36,613 nt of DNA, from the NCBI GenBank assembly GCA_013329615.1, contig DUKA01000095.1:1-36613 (forward strand), in the 5' to 3' direction. Origin of the DNA: Candidatus Bathyarchaeota archaeon (GTDB lineage Archaea > Thermoproteota > Bathyarchaeia > TCS64). Numbering within the stretch: the first letter of the stretch is position 1; each line of letters begins with the position of its first letter. Position numbers and translations under genes: made by a program. The notes below the pieces were generated by a model. The model ran no database searches. It saw nothing but the letters and a program-made list of their open reading frames with translations, and was not told where the DNA came from. Shown here one piece after another: positions 7,318 to 15,853 of this stretch.

Positions 7318-8538
7318 ATGAGTAAGATGACGCACCTAGAATGCTCGAAGTGTGGCACGCGCCACGACGCGGATCAGCTACAGACGGTCTGCAAGAAGTG
7401 CGGCAAGCCACTCTTCCCACGATACGACCTCGAGGCGGCGAAGGAGACGCTCACGAAGCGGGAACTCGTGGGCAGGGTCGCCTCGATGTGGAGGTACAGG
7501 GAGATACTCCCAGTCAGGAAGGCGGAGAACGTCGTCACCCTAGGCGAGGGCTGGACGCCACTCACCCCGACCCCGAAGCTCGGGGAGACGCTCGGCCTCA
7601 AGAACCTCAGGGTGAAGGACGAGGGTATCATCCCGACTGGCAGCTTCAAGGCGAGGGGCCTCAGCGCAGCCATAAGCAAGGCGAAGGAGCTAGGCGTCAA
7701 GCGCGTCGCCCTGCCCTCCGCCGGAAACGCGGCGGGCGCCATGGCCACCTACGGTGCACGCGCCGGCATGGAAGTCTACGTCTTCATGCCCGAGGACGCC
7801 CCCAACGTCAACGCAGTCGAATCCGACATCGTCGGCGCCAAGGTCGTCCTAGTCAAGGGACTCATAAGCGACGCCGGAAAACTCGTCAAAGACGGCACAC
7901 AAGAGATGGGCTGGTTCAGCGTCGCCACCCTAGGGGAGCCATACAGGGTCGAGGGAAAGAAGACCATGGGGCTCGAGGTCGCGGAGCAGCTCGACTGGAA
8001 GCTGCCCGACGTCATCATCTACCCCACCGGCGGAGGAACCGGCATCATCGGCATGTGGAAGGTCTTCGACGAACTCGAGGAGATGGGGTGGATAGGCAGC
8101 GAGCGCCCACGTATGGTGAGCGTTCAAGCGGAGGGCTGCAGTCCCGTCATCAAGGCGTATAGGGAGGGCAAGGAGGAGAGTGAGTTCTTCACCGGGGCGA
8201 ACACGGTCGCCGCCGGGCTGCGCGTCCCCAAGGCGCTCGGAGACTTCCTCATACTCAAGGCGGTCCGCGAGAGCGGGGGAGAAGCCATCTCCGTCACCGA
8301 CGACGAACTGATGGCGGATGTGCGCCTGATAAGCCGCCTAGAGGGCATATTCGCGTGCCCCGAGGGTGCAGCCACCATCTCCGCCCTACGTAAGATGGTA
8401 GAACAGGGCAAAGTCGACAGGGACGAACGCGTCGTACTCTTCAACACCGGCTCCGGGCTGAAGTACACCGACCTCTTCAAGGTCAAGGCGATCGTAGCCG
8501 ACCCGAAGAAGCCCTTCGACTACAACACCCTCAAGTAG
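7318..8538 (+). CDS. thrC: Threonine synthase (with N-terminal zinc-ribbon)
   Basis: PLP-lysine motif GSFKARG, N-terminal CSKCG...CKKCG zinc ribbon, and PALP-fold blocks. The track starts at TTG 7258. The first ATG (7318, MSKMTHLECSKCG) is preferred. Confidence 0.93.
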   Translation: MSKMTHLECSKCGTRHDADQLQTVCKKCGKPLFPRYDLEAAKETLTKRELVGRVASMWRYREILPVRKAENVVTLGEGWTPLTPTPKLGETLGLKNLRVKDEGIIPTGSFKARGLSAAISKAKELGVKRVALPSAGNAAGAMATYGARAGMEVYVFMPEDAPNVNAVESDIVGAKVVLVKGLISDAGKLVKDGTQEMGWFSVATLGEPYRVEGKKTMGLEVAEQLDWKLPDVIIYPTGGGTGIIGMWKVFDELEEMGWIGSERPRMVSVQAEGCSPVIKAYREGKEESEFFTGANTVAAGLRVPKALGDFLILKAVRESGGEAISVTDDELMADVRLISRLEGIFACPEGAATISALRKMVEQGKVDRDERVVLFNTGSGLKYTDLFKVKAIVADPKKPFDYNTLK

Positions 8539-8581
8539 CAAGGCTTATCCCAGCCGAGCCACACCCCTGACGCGATTCGCC

Positions 8582-9496
8582 ATGGGCTCAGCCACGGCAT
8601 TCGCGCCCGGACACCTAACAGGACTTTTCCAGATATGCGACCAGGCTGCGGACCCCCTGCGGAAGGGGGCGCGCGGCTCCGGCATCAGCCTCGACCTCGG
8701 GGTCTACACCACCGTCATGGCGACGCCCGCCGCGGCGACGAGTTGGTTGATAAAGATCAATGGCAAGCAGACGGACGGCGCCTTCGTCTCCGAGAACGTC
8801 CTCACGAAGTTCTCAAAGCGAATCACCCCCCACGCCATCTCCATTGAGCACCACGTCGAGACGCCATCCATCGCGGGCTTCGGAAGCAGTGGAGCTGGAG
8901 CGCTGAGCCTCGCCCTTGCGTTGAACGAGGCGACGGGTGAGGGACTCACAAATAACGAGGCGGCGCAGATAGCCCACCTCGCCGAGATCGAGTGCAAGAC
9001 GGGCCTCGGCAGCGTCTTCGCCGCCGTGAGGGGTGGCTTCGGCGTGCTCACAAAGCCCGGCGCACCCGGCGTAGGCGACGCCGTATCCTACCCTGACGTA
9101 GACAGCCTGCGCGTCGTCTACCTCTACTTCGGCCCAATCCCCACGAAGGAGGCGCTAAGCAACCCCGCCCTCAGGGCGAAGATAAACGAACTCGGCGGCA
9201 GATACGTCGACGAACTAGCCAAGGAACGCGACGCGGAGAAGTTCATGAGGCTGAGCCGCCAGTTCACCGAGCACGTCGGCCTCGTCACCCCCAAGCTCAG
9301 GAAGGTCTTCCAAACGATGGACGCCGCCGGCTACACCTTCACAATGGCGATGTTCGGCGAGGTCGCCTTCGGGGTCATGAAAAGGGAGAGAGCGGTCGAG
9401 GCCGCGATGCTCTTGGAGGCATCATTCCCCGGGTGTGAAGCCGTCGTCGTCGGCATAGACGGGGTCGGTTCGAGAGTGACCTCTAGAAGCCGCTGA
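8582..9496 (+). CDS. Pantoate kinase (archaeal CoA pathway, GHMP kinase superfamily)
   Basis: 304 aa. N-terminal AFAPGHLTGLF, GHMP motif GFGSSGAGALSLALAL, and AAQIAHLAEIECKTGLGSV. Together these match my recollection of archaeal pantoate kinases such as the Thermococcus enzyme. Confidence 0.8.
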   Translation: MGSATAFAPGHLTGLFQICDQAADPLRKGARGSGISLDLGVYTTVMATPAAATSWLIKINGKQTDGAFVSENVLTKFSKRITPHAISIEHHVETPSIAGFGSSGAGALSLALALNEATGEGLTNNEAAQIAHLAEIECKTGLGSVFAAVRGGFGVLTKPGAPGVGDAVSYPDVDSLRVVYLYFGPIPTKEALSNPALRAKINELGGRYVDELAKERDAEKFMRLSRQFTEHVGLVTPKLRKVFQTMDAAGYTFTMAMFGEVAFGVMKRERAVEAAMLLEASFPGCEAVVVGIDGVGSRVTSRSR

Positions 9497-9509
9497 GAAG
9501 ACGTGGTTC

Positions 9510-9788
9510 TTACAGGCTAGGCTCGTCGTTGGGGAGCTTTACCGGGATGAGTAACTCGGTAGCGTAGTGGGTCATCTGGGGCGGCCTGGGGACCTTGGCT
9601 GTCATCTCCATGAAGTGGTCGTAGCTGCGTGCGGAGAAGATCCAGCAGAAGTTCCACTTCTGGTTCATGGAGCCGTGTATGCCCATGTACTCGACGCCTA
9701 CCTCCTTGGAGGCGTTCTGTAGCCGCTTGTCGTGCTCCCTAAGCTCCTTCCTGCTGCCCACCCAGTCGAAGTATAGGAGTATCTTCAT
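9510..9788 (-). CDS. Small hypothetical protein (92 aa), no family recognised
   Basis: ATG start and a clean ORF with host-like codon bias. No recognisable motifs. Confidence 0.55.
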   Translation of the reverse strand: MKILLYFDWVGSRKELREHDKRLQNASKEVGVEYMGIHGSMNQKWNFCWIFSARSYDHFMEMTAKVPRPPQMTHYATELLIPVKLPNDEPSL

Positions 9789-9920
9789 TACTATTCTCCC
9801 GTAAGCGTTTGCTATTACTCTTATATCGTTATCGTTTTCCTTCGCTCAAGCCTCTCCGGGGCCCCAGCAAAACGATTATTACCGGCGGTTGAGCCCTTGA
9901 TTTGCTAAGAGTGACATATT

Positions 9921-11075
9921 ATGTACAACGCGGATGTTCTCAACTCATCAACTATTGAGGGCATGCTCGCGGCGCCCGGCATCAAGTGGCACCGCGACCC
10001 CCCAGACGTAATCGGCATGTGGCTCGCCGACCCCGACTTCCCCACGGCGCCCTTCATCAAGAAGGCGCTCCTCAACGCCGTACAGGACGAAGATCTTCTC
10101 TACAACACCGACGACAAGGCCCGCGCCGCGATGGCGGAGAGGGTCAACAAGAAAAACGGCTTCAAGCTCACGAAGGACGACATCTACGTCACGCAGGGAG
10201 TCATCCCCGCGATGTGGCTCGCCATTCAGAACAGTGGTGCGAAGCCCGGCGACGAGATCGTCGTCACCGACCCCATGTACTACCCCTTCTTCACCGCCGT
10301 AGAGACGTGCCAAATGAAGCCCGCCTACTGGACACTACACGAGGAGGACGGCTACAAGTTCGACATCGAGGGACTCAAGAAGGTCGTCAACAAGAAGACA
10401 AAGCTCATCTTCGTTTGCAACCCCCACAACCCCTCCGGCCGCGTCATGACAAAGGAGGAGCTAAAGGGCATCGTCGATGTAGCAGTCGACAACAAGATCA
10501 ACATAATGGTCGACGAACTCTGGGACGACGTAGTCTTCGACGGCAGGAAGCACGTCAGCCTCGCCACTCTGAGCCCTGAAGTAGCGGACCTCACGGTGAC
10601 GAGCTGGGGCATCAGCAAGACATGGGGCCTCCCCGGTCTCCAGTGCGGCTACCTGACCGCCACGCCGAAGGTGATGGAGGGTCTGAAGAAGCGCGCGAAG
10701 GGCGTCCTCCGCGGCACCTCTACCCTGAGCATCGCCGCCGCCCAGGCCGCCCTCGACAGGCACGGCGAGTATTGGGTCAAGGACATCATCGCCCACCTCA
10801 CCAAGATCAGGGGCATCGCCGACAAGAGGTTCAAGGAGATGGGATGCACCGTACCCGAGCTACAGGGCACCTACCTCATGTTCCCCAAGTTCAACGTGAA
10901 GATGACCCACAAGGAGCTCGAGAAGCTCATGCAGGAGACCGCGAAGGTCGGCCTCGGCACGGGCACCGAGTTCGGCCCAGAGGGCGAGATGCACATGAGG
11001 ATGACCATCGCCACGAGTGAGTCCATCCTCGGCGAAGCCCTCGACAGGATCGAGAAGGCAGTCAAGAACAAGTAG
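9921..11075 (+). CDS. PLP-dependent aminotransferase class I/II, MalY/PatB-like (putative C-S lyase)
   Basis: 384 aa. PLP-lysine context SWGISKTWGLPG, CNPHNPSG block, and N-terminal KWHRDPPDVIGMWLADPDF typical of the MalY/PatB subgroup. A T6 tract (11092-11097) follows the stop. Confidence 0.85.
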   Translation: MYNADVLNSSTIEGMLAAPGIKWHRDPPDVIGMWLADPDFPTAPFIKKALLNAVQDEDLLYNTDDKARAAMAERVNKKNGFKLTKDDIYVTQGVIPAMWLAIQNSGAKPGDEIVVTDPMYYPFFTAVETCQMKPAYWTLHEEDGYKFDIEGLKKVVNKKTKLIFVCNPHNPSGRVMTKEELKGIVDVAVDNKINIMVDELWDDVVFDGRKHVSLATLSPEVADLTVTSWGISKTWGLPGLQCGYLTATPKVMEGLKKRAKGVLRGTSTLSIAAAQAALDRHGEYWVKDIIAHLTKIRGIADKRFKEMGCTVPELQGTYLMFPKFNVKMTHKELEKLMQETAKVGLGTGTEFGPEGEMHMRMTIATSESILGEALDRIEKAVKNK

Positions 11076-11158
11076 AGCCACGACTAGGCTCTTTTTTAAT
11101 TTAACACCCACTAGACCGTAGAGGGTGTAGATGCTTCGAGAAAAGTGGTTTAGGGGGT

Positions 11159-11470
11159 TTAGATGCCCCTGCTCTTGTGACCGGCCTTAGTGACGCTGCG
11201 CTGCGCCCTGCCGCGCTGACCCTTCGAGGTCTGCTTCGGCTTCGGAATCTTGATCTCGTTCTCCTTGGCCGCCGTTATGTATTCCTTGAGTATCTCGACG
11301 TTCTCCTCGTGCGTCGACTTCCTGCGGAGGTCGACGGGGATGCCGATTATCTTGGCCTCACCGGCGTTCAGGCCGGCTGCCTGTATCTCGGCGAGGCTGA
11401 AGCCGCGTCCCTCCCTGACCGTCTCAGTGCGGAACACCATAGGTGAGATGAAGTAGGACATCTGGGTCAC
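11159..11470 (-). CDS. rpl13e: Ribosomal protein eL13 (L13e)
   Basis: GRGFSLAEIQAAGLNAGEAKIIGIPVDLRRKSTHEENVEILKEY parallels the eukaryotic L13 core (GRGFSLEEL...GI.VD.RR.N.S.E....NVQRLKEY). The GTG start overlaps the uS9 stop as GTGA. An alternative ATG lies at 11461. Confidence 0.85.
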   Translation of the reverse strand: MTQMSYFISPMVFRTETVREGRGFSLAEIQAAGLNAGEAKIIGIPVDLRRKSTHEENVEILKEYITAAKENEIKIPKPKQTSKGQRGRAQRSVTKAGHKSRGI

Positions 11471-11889
11471 CTGTAGCTCTTCTGCTTGCGACGGCGTGCG
11501 CCTGGTCCACCGAACTTCTTCGGCTCCTTCCTGCGCGCATCACCGCTGAGCATGGTGCGGTCGTGCTCGAGGAATGTGCTCTTGAGCCTCTTGCTCTTCG
11601 TGTACTTGACGAGTCCCTGTGCGAGGCCCATGCGTGCCGCCTCTGCCTGACTGAGGGGGCCGCCGCCCTCGACGCGGATGTCGACGTCCAGTTTCGTGGC
11701 GACGTCTCCGGCGATGAGTACCGGCTCGAGGATCATCTCGCGTGCCATTATTGGTTGGTGGAGGTGGACGGGGATGTTGTTGATCCTGACCCTGCCCTTG
11801 CCCTCTGTGACGGCGACGCGTGCCTTCGCGGTCTTTCGCTTGCCGGTGGTGAGTGCTGACTTTTTCTTTGCGACTACGGGGGCTGACAT
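11467..11889 (-). CDS. rps9: Ribosomal protein uS9
   Basis: 140 aa. The C-terminus ...RRRKQKSYR and GGGPLSQAEAARMGLAQ are characteristic of S9. Confidence 0.95.
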   Translation of the reverse strand: MSAPVVAKKKSALTTGKRKTAKARVAVTEGKGRVRINNIPVHLHQPIMAREMILEPVLIAGDVATKLDVDIRVEGGGPLSQAEAARMGLAQGLVKYTKSKRLKSTFLEHDRTMLSGDARRKEPKKFGGPGARRRKQKSYR

Positions 11890-11890
11890 T

Positions 11891-12328
11891 TTACTTTACT
11901 CCCATCTTGTTCCAGCCGATGCTCTCGGCGAGTTCACCGACGGTGACTCCCCTGTGGTTGAGCTTGCTGCTGTGGCACTCGGGTAGGCTTTGCTTCTCCG
12001 CCTTCGCGAACTCGTCGGGGACGCCGAGGTGGACGTGGAGCCTCTTGTAGGCTGCCTCGCCCTTGGCTATCCTGTAGGGGAGCATCCCGCGTACGGTCCT
12101 GCGGACGATCTCGTGGGGTCTCCTGTGGTGGACTGGGCCCTTGCCGAATCCTCCGACGTGGACGAACTCCTTCCACTCCTCGACCAGCTTGACCTTGTTA
12201 CCGGAGATGACTACGTTCTGTGCGTTCACTAGCTCTATTGTTTCGCCGGCTAGAAGCCTCTTGGCGATGACGCTGGCCATCCTACCCAATACGAGGCCGT
12301 CGGCGTCTATGATTGTCCGTGTGCTCAT
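11891..12328 (-). CDS. rpl13: Ribosomal protein uL13
   Basis: 145 aa. IIDADGLVLGRMASVIAKRLL is the typical uL13 N-terminus. Lies immediately upstream of uS9. TATA-like TTTATAATTATA (minus sense, about 12388-12402) lies upstream. Confidence 0.95.
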   Translation of the reverse strand: MSTRTIIDADGLVLGRMASVIAKRLLAGETIELVNAQNVVISGNKVKLVEEWKEFVHVGGFGKGPVHHRRPHEIVRRTVRGMLPYRIAKGEAAYKRLHVHLGVPDEFAKAEKQSLPECHSSKLNHRGVTVGELAESIGWNKMGVK

Positions 12329-12469
12329 CGCGTATTCAACCTATTTCATCGGCTCAGGCTGCCTGATGCACCCTGCCTACATCACGTCTATAATTATAAA
12401 GGTTTTCCAAAGGCTGATGCTCGCATAGGGGCGGTGATGGTCGCGGAATGATGGGACAGAAAGGGGATG

Positions 12470-12730
12470 CTAGGCTTCCCAGCCGTAGTTGCTGAACTCG
12501 ACAGTGTTTATGATCTTTACCTTGAAGTCCTCGTCGCTGCACTTCTGGCTGTACATTACGAAGCCGTCGAAGGCGAAGAGGTGATTCTTTCCACGCCTGT
12601 AGATGATGCGGGGCTTCGCTATCTCGACGAGTTGGAGGAACTCTTCCCGGTTGAACTTTAGGCGGTAGCCGCTCGCGTTGCTATCCGCCGAAGCTGCAGC
12701 CGCCACAGTCGCTGCTTCCATTTCAGTCAC
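12470..12730 (-). CDS. Small hypothetical protein (83-86 aa)
   Basis: GTG 12730 or ATG 12721 could be the start. TATA-like CTATATAG lies at about 12787-12797 (minus sense). No family recognised. Confidence 0.5.
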   Translation of the reverse strand: MTEMEAATVAAAASADSNASGYRLKFNREEFLQLVEIAKPRIIYRRGKNHLFAFDGFVMYSQKCSDEDFKVKIINTVEFSNYGWEA

Positions 12731-12797
12731 CTGAATAGTGTTCGGTGTCCTTGGGCTATAGCTTTTGGTGATGTAGAAAAAATAGGCTATATAGAGG

Positions 12798-13418
12798 CTA
12801 AGTTAGGAGGCTCGTCAGGAACTGGACGAGCAGCTGCGCCCTTCCCGTGATGTATGTTATCCTCGTCATTGCCACCTGTCCGAACATGGCTCCGAAGAAG
12901 AGCATCATGAAGTACCGCCCCGTGGTCTTCACCCGTGCCCCGCCGGCACCTCCTTCGACGGTGAAGAGGAAGTAGGTGAGGGTCGAGACTACGCCTGCGA
13001 GCACAAGGACGGCGTTGAGGGTCGCCATCGGGTCTCCCCAGATGATCACCGGCTGCATCGACGCCTTGATCTGGTCGTAGATGTAAGTGTGGGCGGCACC
13101 GCGTATGGCTAGCCCGACGCCGACCCCACTCATCACCGCCACGGGCCACTGGCTCAGCTTGCCCAGCCTCTTCGAGTAAACCGTGAAGAGGAGGAGCCCG
13201 AGGGCTACGGGTATCGCGAGGGTCAGGTTACCGCCGAGCAGGGGGTTCATCCCGCTCGACTGGAGGCTCCGCACCGCCATAACGACGACGTTTCCGAGGG
13301 AGATGCCGACAAAGAGCGCCTCAGCCATCCTGTAGGCGGGGTTCTCCCGGTAGAGGACGTAGCTCAGCACGGCGACGGTGAGGCCGATCGCGACCCATGA
13401 TTCGAGGGCGGGTATCAC
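12798..13418 (-). CDS. Polytopic membrane protein (206 aa), 4th gene of the four-gene membrane operon
   Basis: Several hydrophobic segments of about 20 aa. The GTG start overlaps the upstream stop as GTGA. Confidence 0.75.
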   Translation of the reverse strand: MIPALESWVAIGLTVAVLSYVLYRENPAYRMAEALFVGISLGNVVVMAVRSLQSSGMNPLLGGNLTLAIPVALGLLLFTVYSKRLGKLSQWPVAVMSGVGVGLAIRGAAHTYIYDQIKASMQPVIIWGDPMATLNAVLVLAGVVSTLTYFLFTVEGGAGGARVKTTGRYFMMLFFGAMFGQVAMTRITYITGRAQLLVQFLTSLLT

Positions 13419-14242
13419 TGCTTCCGCCTCCTGAGCCTCTCGCCGACGAAGGCGACGTTGCCGAGGACGATGAAGGCTATCACCACGAGCTGCCCCATAC
13501 TCAGGGCATCTATACCCTGGTTAGCGAGCCCAGGGGCGCCGATTAGCTGCTCATACTCTGCGCAGCCACGGGGCCCGTTGAGTATCGCCTCGACTGAGCC
13601 GGCTTGGTAGAGTGGGTAGAAGTAGCTGAAGTTGACGGCGGTGGGGACACTGAGGACGGGTGTGCCGTACTTTGCCTGCCACTGGCGTGCATAGAAGCCA
13701 GTGGCGGTCCCCGCATCGAATGTCACGACGAGCCTATAGGCGGAGTAGTCGTCTGCCGCTTGGAGCAGTGGGAGCGACGCGGCGTCGTTTCCGGCGTAGT
13801 CCCTGCTGTAGACCTCCCGCATGTTCTCGGCTATGCTGGCGATCATCGTCTCGTCCCCCGCGGCGTAGCCCAGGTTGACGTAGTCGACGCCGTAGCCGTA
13901 CCCCGCCGATGTGAGCACCGGTCTGAAGTACTGGTCGAAGACGAGCGACCCCTCGGCGACCGTGGAGACGGCGACCACCTTGACGCCCTGCGCACTGAGT
14001 TGCTTGGCGAGTGCTATGATTCCACCGCCAAGCTCGGAGACGCTGCCCAGCCCTATGTCCATGGAAACTAGGACAACGTCCCCGGGCGCGAGTGCGTCGA
14101 TTGTGGTCTTGAATTCGGTGCTGTATGTGCTGATCTGCATGGGTAGGCCTAGCGGGACGGCGTATGGGAGGGCGATGAGTAGTAACATTGCCCAGTACAT
14201 CACCCTGCGGTCCATCTTGGCGAGCCTTTCGAGGGCGCTCAT
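13415..14242 (-). CDS. Bitopic membrane protein: N-terminal TM, ~200-aa non-membrane domain, C-terminal TM (275 aa), 3rd gene
   Basis: The N-terminal TM is VMYWAMLLLIALPYAV and the C-terminal TM is LVVIAFIVLGNVAFV, followed by RLRRRKQ. ATGA overlap with the upstream gene. By eye it shares blocks with the 1st gene (PGDVVLVSMDIGLGSVSE vs GRGVIFSTGSGSGGLNSD). Confidence 0.75.
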   Translation of the reverse strand: MSALERLAKMDRRVMYWAMLLLIALPYAVPLGLPMQISTYSTEFKTTIDALAPGDVVLVSMDIGLGSVSELGGGIIALAKQLSAQGVKVVAVSTVAEGSLVFDQYFRPVLTSAGYGYGVDYVNLGYAAGDETMIASIAENMREVYSRDYAGNDAASLPLLQAADDYSAYRLVVTFDAGTATGFYARQWQAKYGTPVLSVPTAVNFSYFYPLYQAGSVEAILNGPRGCAEYEQLIGAPGLANQGIDALSMGQLVVIAFIVLGNVAFVGERLRRRKQ

Positions 14243-14859
14243 TTGGCTACCCTCCCGCGTTCGAAGCCGAGTATCTGCCTTACGCCCGCTATGATGGCGC
14301 CGACGGCGAAGGCTATGGTGAAGCCGCGGTTGCCACCGAGGCTGACTATGTCGTTCAGCCAGTTGCCGAGGGGCAGGACGCCGGGGAGGAGGTACTCGCC
14401 GACGGGCATGTTCTTCAGCATGATCATCGCGGCCGCCGCGAGGACTATCCCCGCCTCAAGGCTGCGCGCCCGGAAGGTGCGGAACGCCGCGGAGACTATG
14501 AAGAAGCCTATGAAGCTCCCCACCGACATGCTAAGGGGCGTTAGTATGTTGCTGGTCAGCCAACTATACTGGGACGAGGAGGGACTCAACGCGAGACCGA
14601 TGGCTATCGTGCCAAGCGCCGAGGCAACGGCGACGCCGCTGTAGACTGAGCGCTTCTTCACGATCTGCCTGCCATTGTATGCGACGTAGCTGAATAGGCC
14701 TAGTAGCGTAGCGAAGCCCGCAATGATTATCCCCCATAGCTGGAGGCTGCCGCTCGCCGAGGCGAGTGAGGCGTTGTCCGTGAAGTAGCTCGCGATTACG
14801 AGCGTGCAGGCTGCGACGCCGATGGCTATCGGTATCTCCCTGCGGTTGATGAGTGACAT
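14239..14859 (-). CDS. Polytopic membrane protein (206 aa), 2nd gene
   Basis: Multiple hydrophobic segments. The ATG lies 1 nt after the upstream TAG. Confidence 0.75.
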   Translation of the reverse strand: MSLINRREIPIAIGVAACTLVIASYFTDNASLASASGSLQLWGIIIAGFATLLGLFSYVAYNGRQIVKKRSVYSGVAVASALGTIAIGLALSPSSSQYSWLTSNILTPLSMSVGSFIGFFIVSAAFRTFRARSLEAGIVLAAAAMIMLKNMPVGEYLLPGVLPLGNWLNDIVSLGGNRGFTIAFAVGAIIAGVRQILGFERGRVAK

Positions 14860-14860
14860 G

Positions 14861-15643
14861 CTACACGCCTCCTGCGATGAGCAGCTGGCTCAGCCATGCA
14901 ACGCTGATCGTGGACAGTATAGCGCCACCCACGACGAGGGTTATTACGAGTACCTTCGTTGCCTCGGCGGCGAAGACGCTGCCGAGCAGTGCCTTGTCCC
15001 CCGAGAGGTAGGCGCCTGTGACGAACATCTCCTCCCCGATGAGGACGTAGTCGCAGCTGGCGATCTGGAAGGGGAGGTTGACGCTGTCGGGCTGACCAGC
15101 TATCTGGAAGGCGCCGACGGCGTTACCCGTCTCGCTTAGTAGCAGTGCCTCGCTCCAGAATATGCCGAGCCAGAGGGCGGCGGCGGGGCGCTCCTCCTCC
15201 ATCCTGCCCATGCAGGCGCTAGCGTAGCCCCACCCCTTGCCGTAGTACTGGACGGCGGCGTCGCTGTACGCCTCGGGCTCACCCGCGACCGTGTAGGCGT
15301 CGCGCATGGTGTCCTGTGCCAGAGGCATCAACTCGGGGTACGCCGAGACGAAGGTAAGAGGCGTCTGCGCCGTCGCGGCTAGGTTCGCAACGTAACCGAG
15401 CGTGTTCAGCCCCGCCAAGTGGTAGGGCGCAGAGTCGCTGTTCAGGCCGCCCGAGCCGGAGCCCGTGCTGAATATGACGCCGCGCCCCATCTCGGCGCTG
15501 CGTCCCACGGCCTCCTTGATGACCTCGAGGCCGGGGATGCGGCGCAGCTCGCGGTACCGCCCCTTGCTCCCCGCGTACAGGGAGACGAGTGTGGCGGCGA
15601 GTATGAAGATTAGCAGGGCGAGGACGCCGATCCTCTGGATCAT
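14861..15643 (-). CDS. Bitopic membrane protein: N-terminal TM, ~200-aa non-membrane domain, C-terminal TM, 1st gene
   Basis: The track starts at GTG 15688 (275 aa). ATG 15643 (MIQRIGVLALLIFILAATLV..., 260 aa) begins directly at the TM helix and is preferred. The C-terminal TM is VLVITLVVGGAILSTISVAWL. Confidence 0.7.
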   Translation of the reverse strand: MIQRIGVLALLIFILAATLVSLYAGSKGRYRELRRIPGLEVIKEAVGRSAEMGRGVIFSTGSGSGGLNSDSAPYHLAGLNTLGYVANLAATAQTPLTFVSAYPELMPLAQDTMRDAYTVAGEPEAYSDAAVQYYGKGWGYASACMGRMEEERPAAALWLGIFWSEALLLSETGNAVGAFQIAGQPDSVNLPFQIASCDYVLIGEEMFVTGAYLSGDKALLGSVFAAEATKVLVITLVVGGAILSTISVAWLSQLLIAGGV

Positions 15644-15730
15644 GGCGCCGCGCCTCCGGTGCACCCGGCAACCAAGCGGCGAACCCACTGTGACTGGGGC
15701 TCGTTAGAATAACCGCTGGGTGAACGAGAG

Positions 15731-15771
15731 AAAAACTGATCTAGGAAACTGAGGCGTTCACAGATGAACGC
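15731..15771 (-). terminator. Possible terminator of the ADH gene: hairpin followed by an oligo-T tract (minus sense)
   Basis: GCGTTCA-caga-TGAACGC (15754-15771) forms a 7-bp stem. T5 on the minus strand lies at 15735..15731, downstream of the ADH stop (15854). Confidence 0.35.
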
Positions 15772-15853
15772 AATCCAACCCGGTGAAGGCAATCCCTCAC
15801 AATCATTCACTTCCGCAGCCAGAGGCAGGCTGATCCCATTTAAGGATTCTTAC

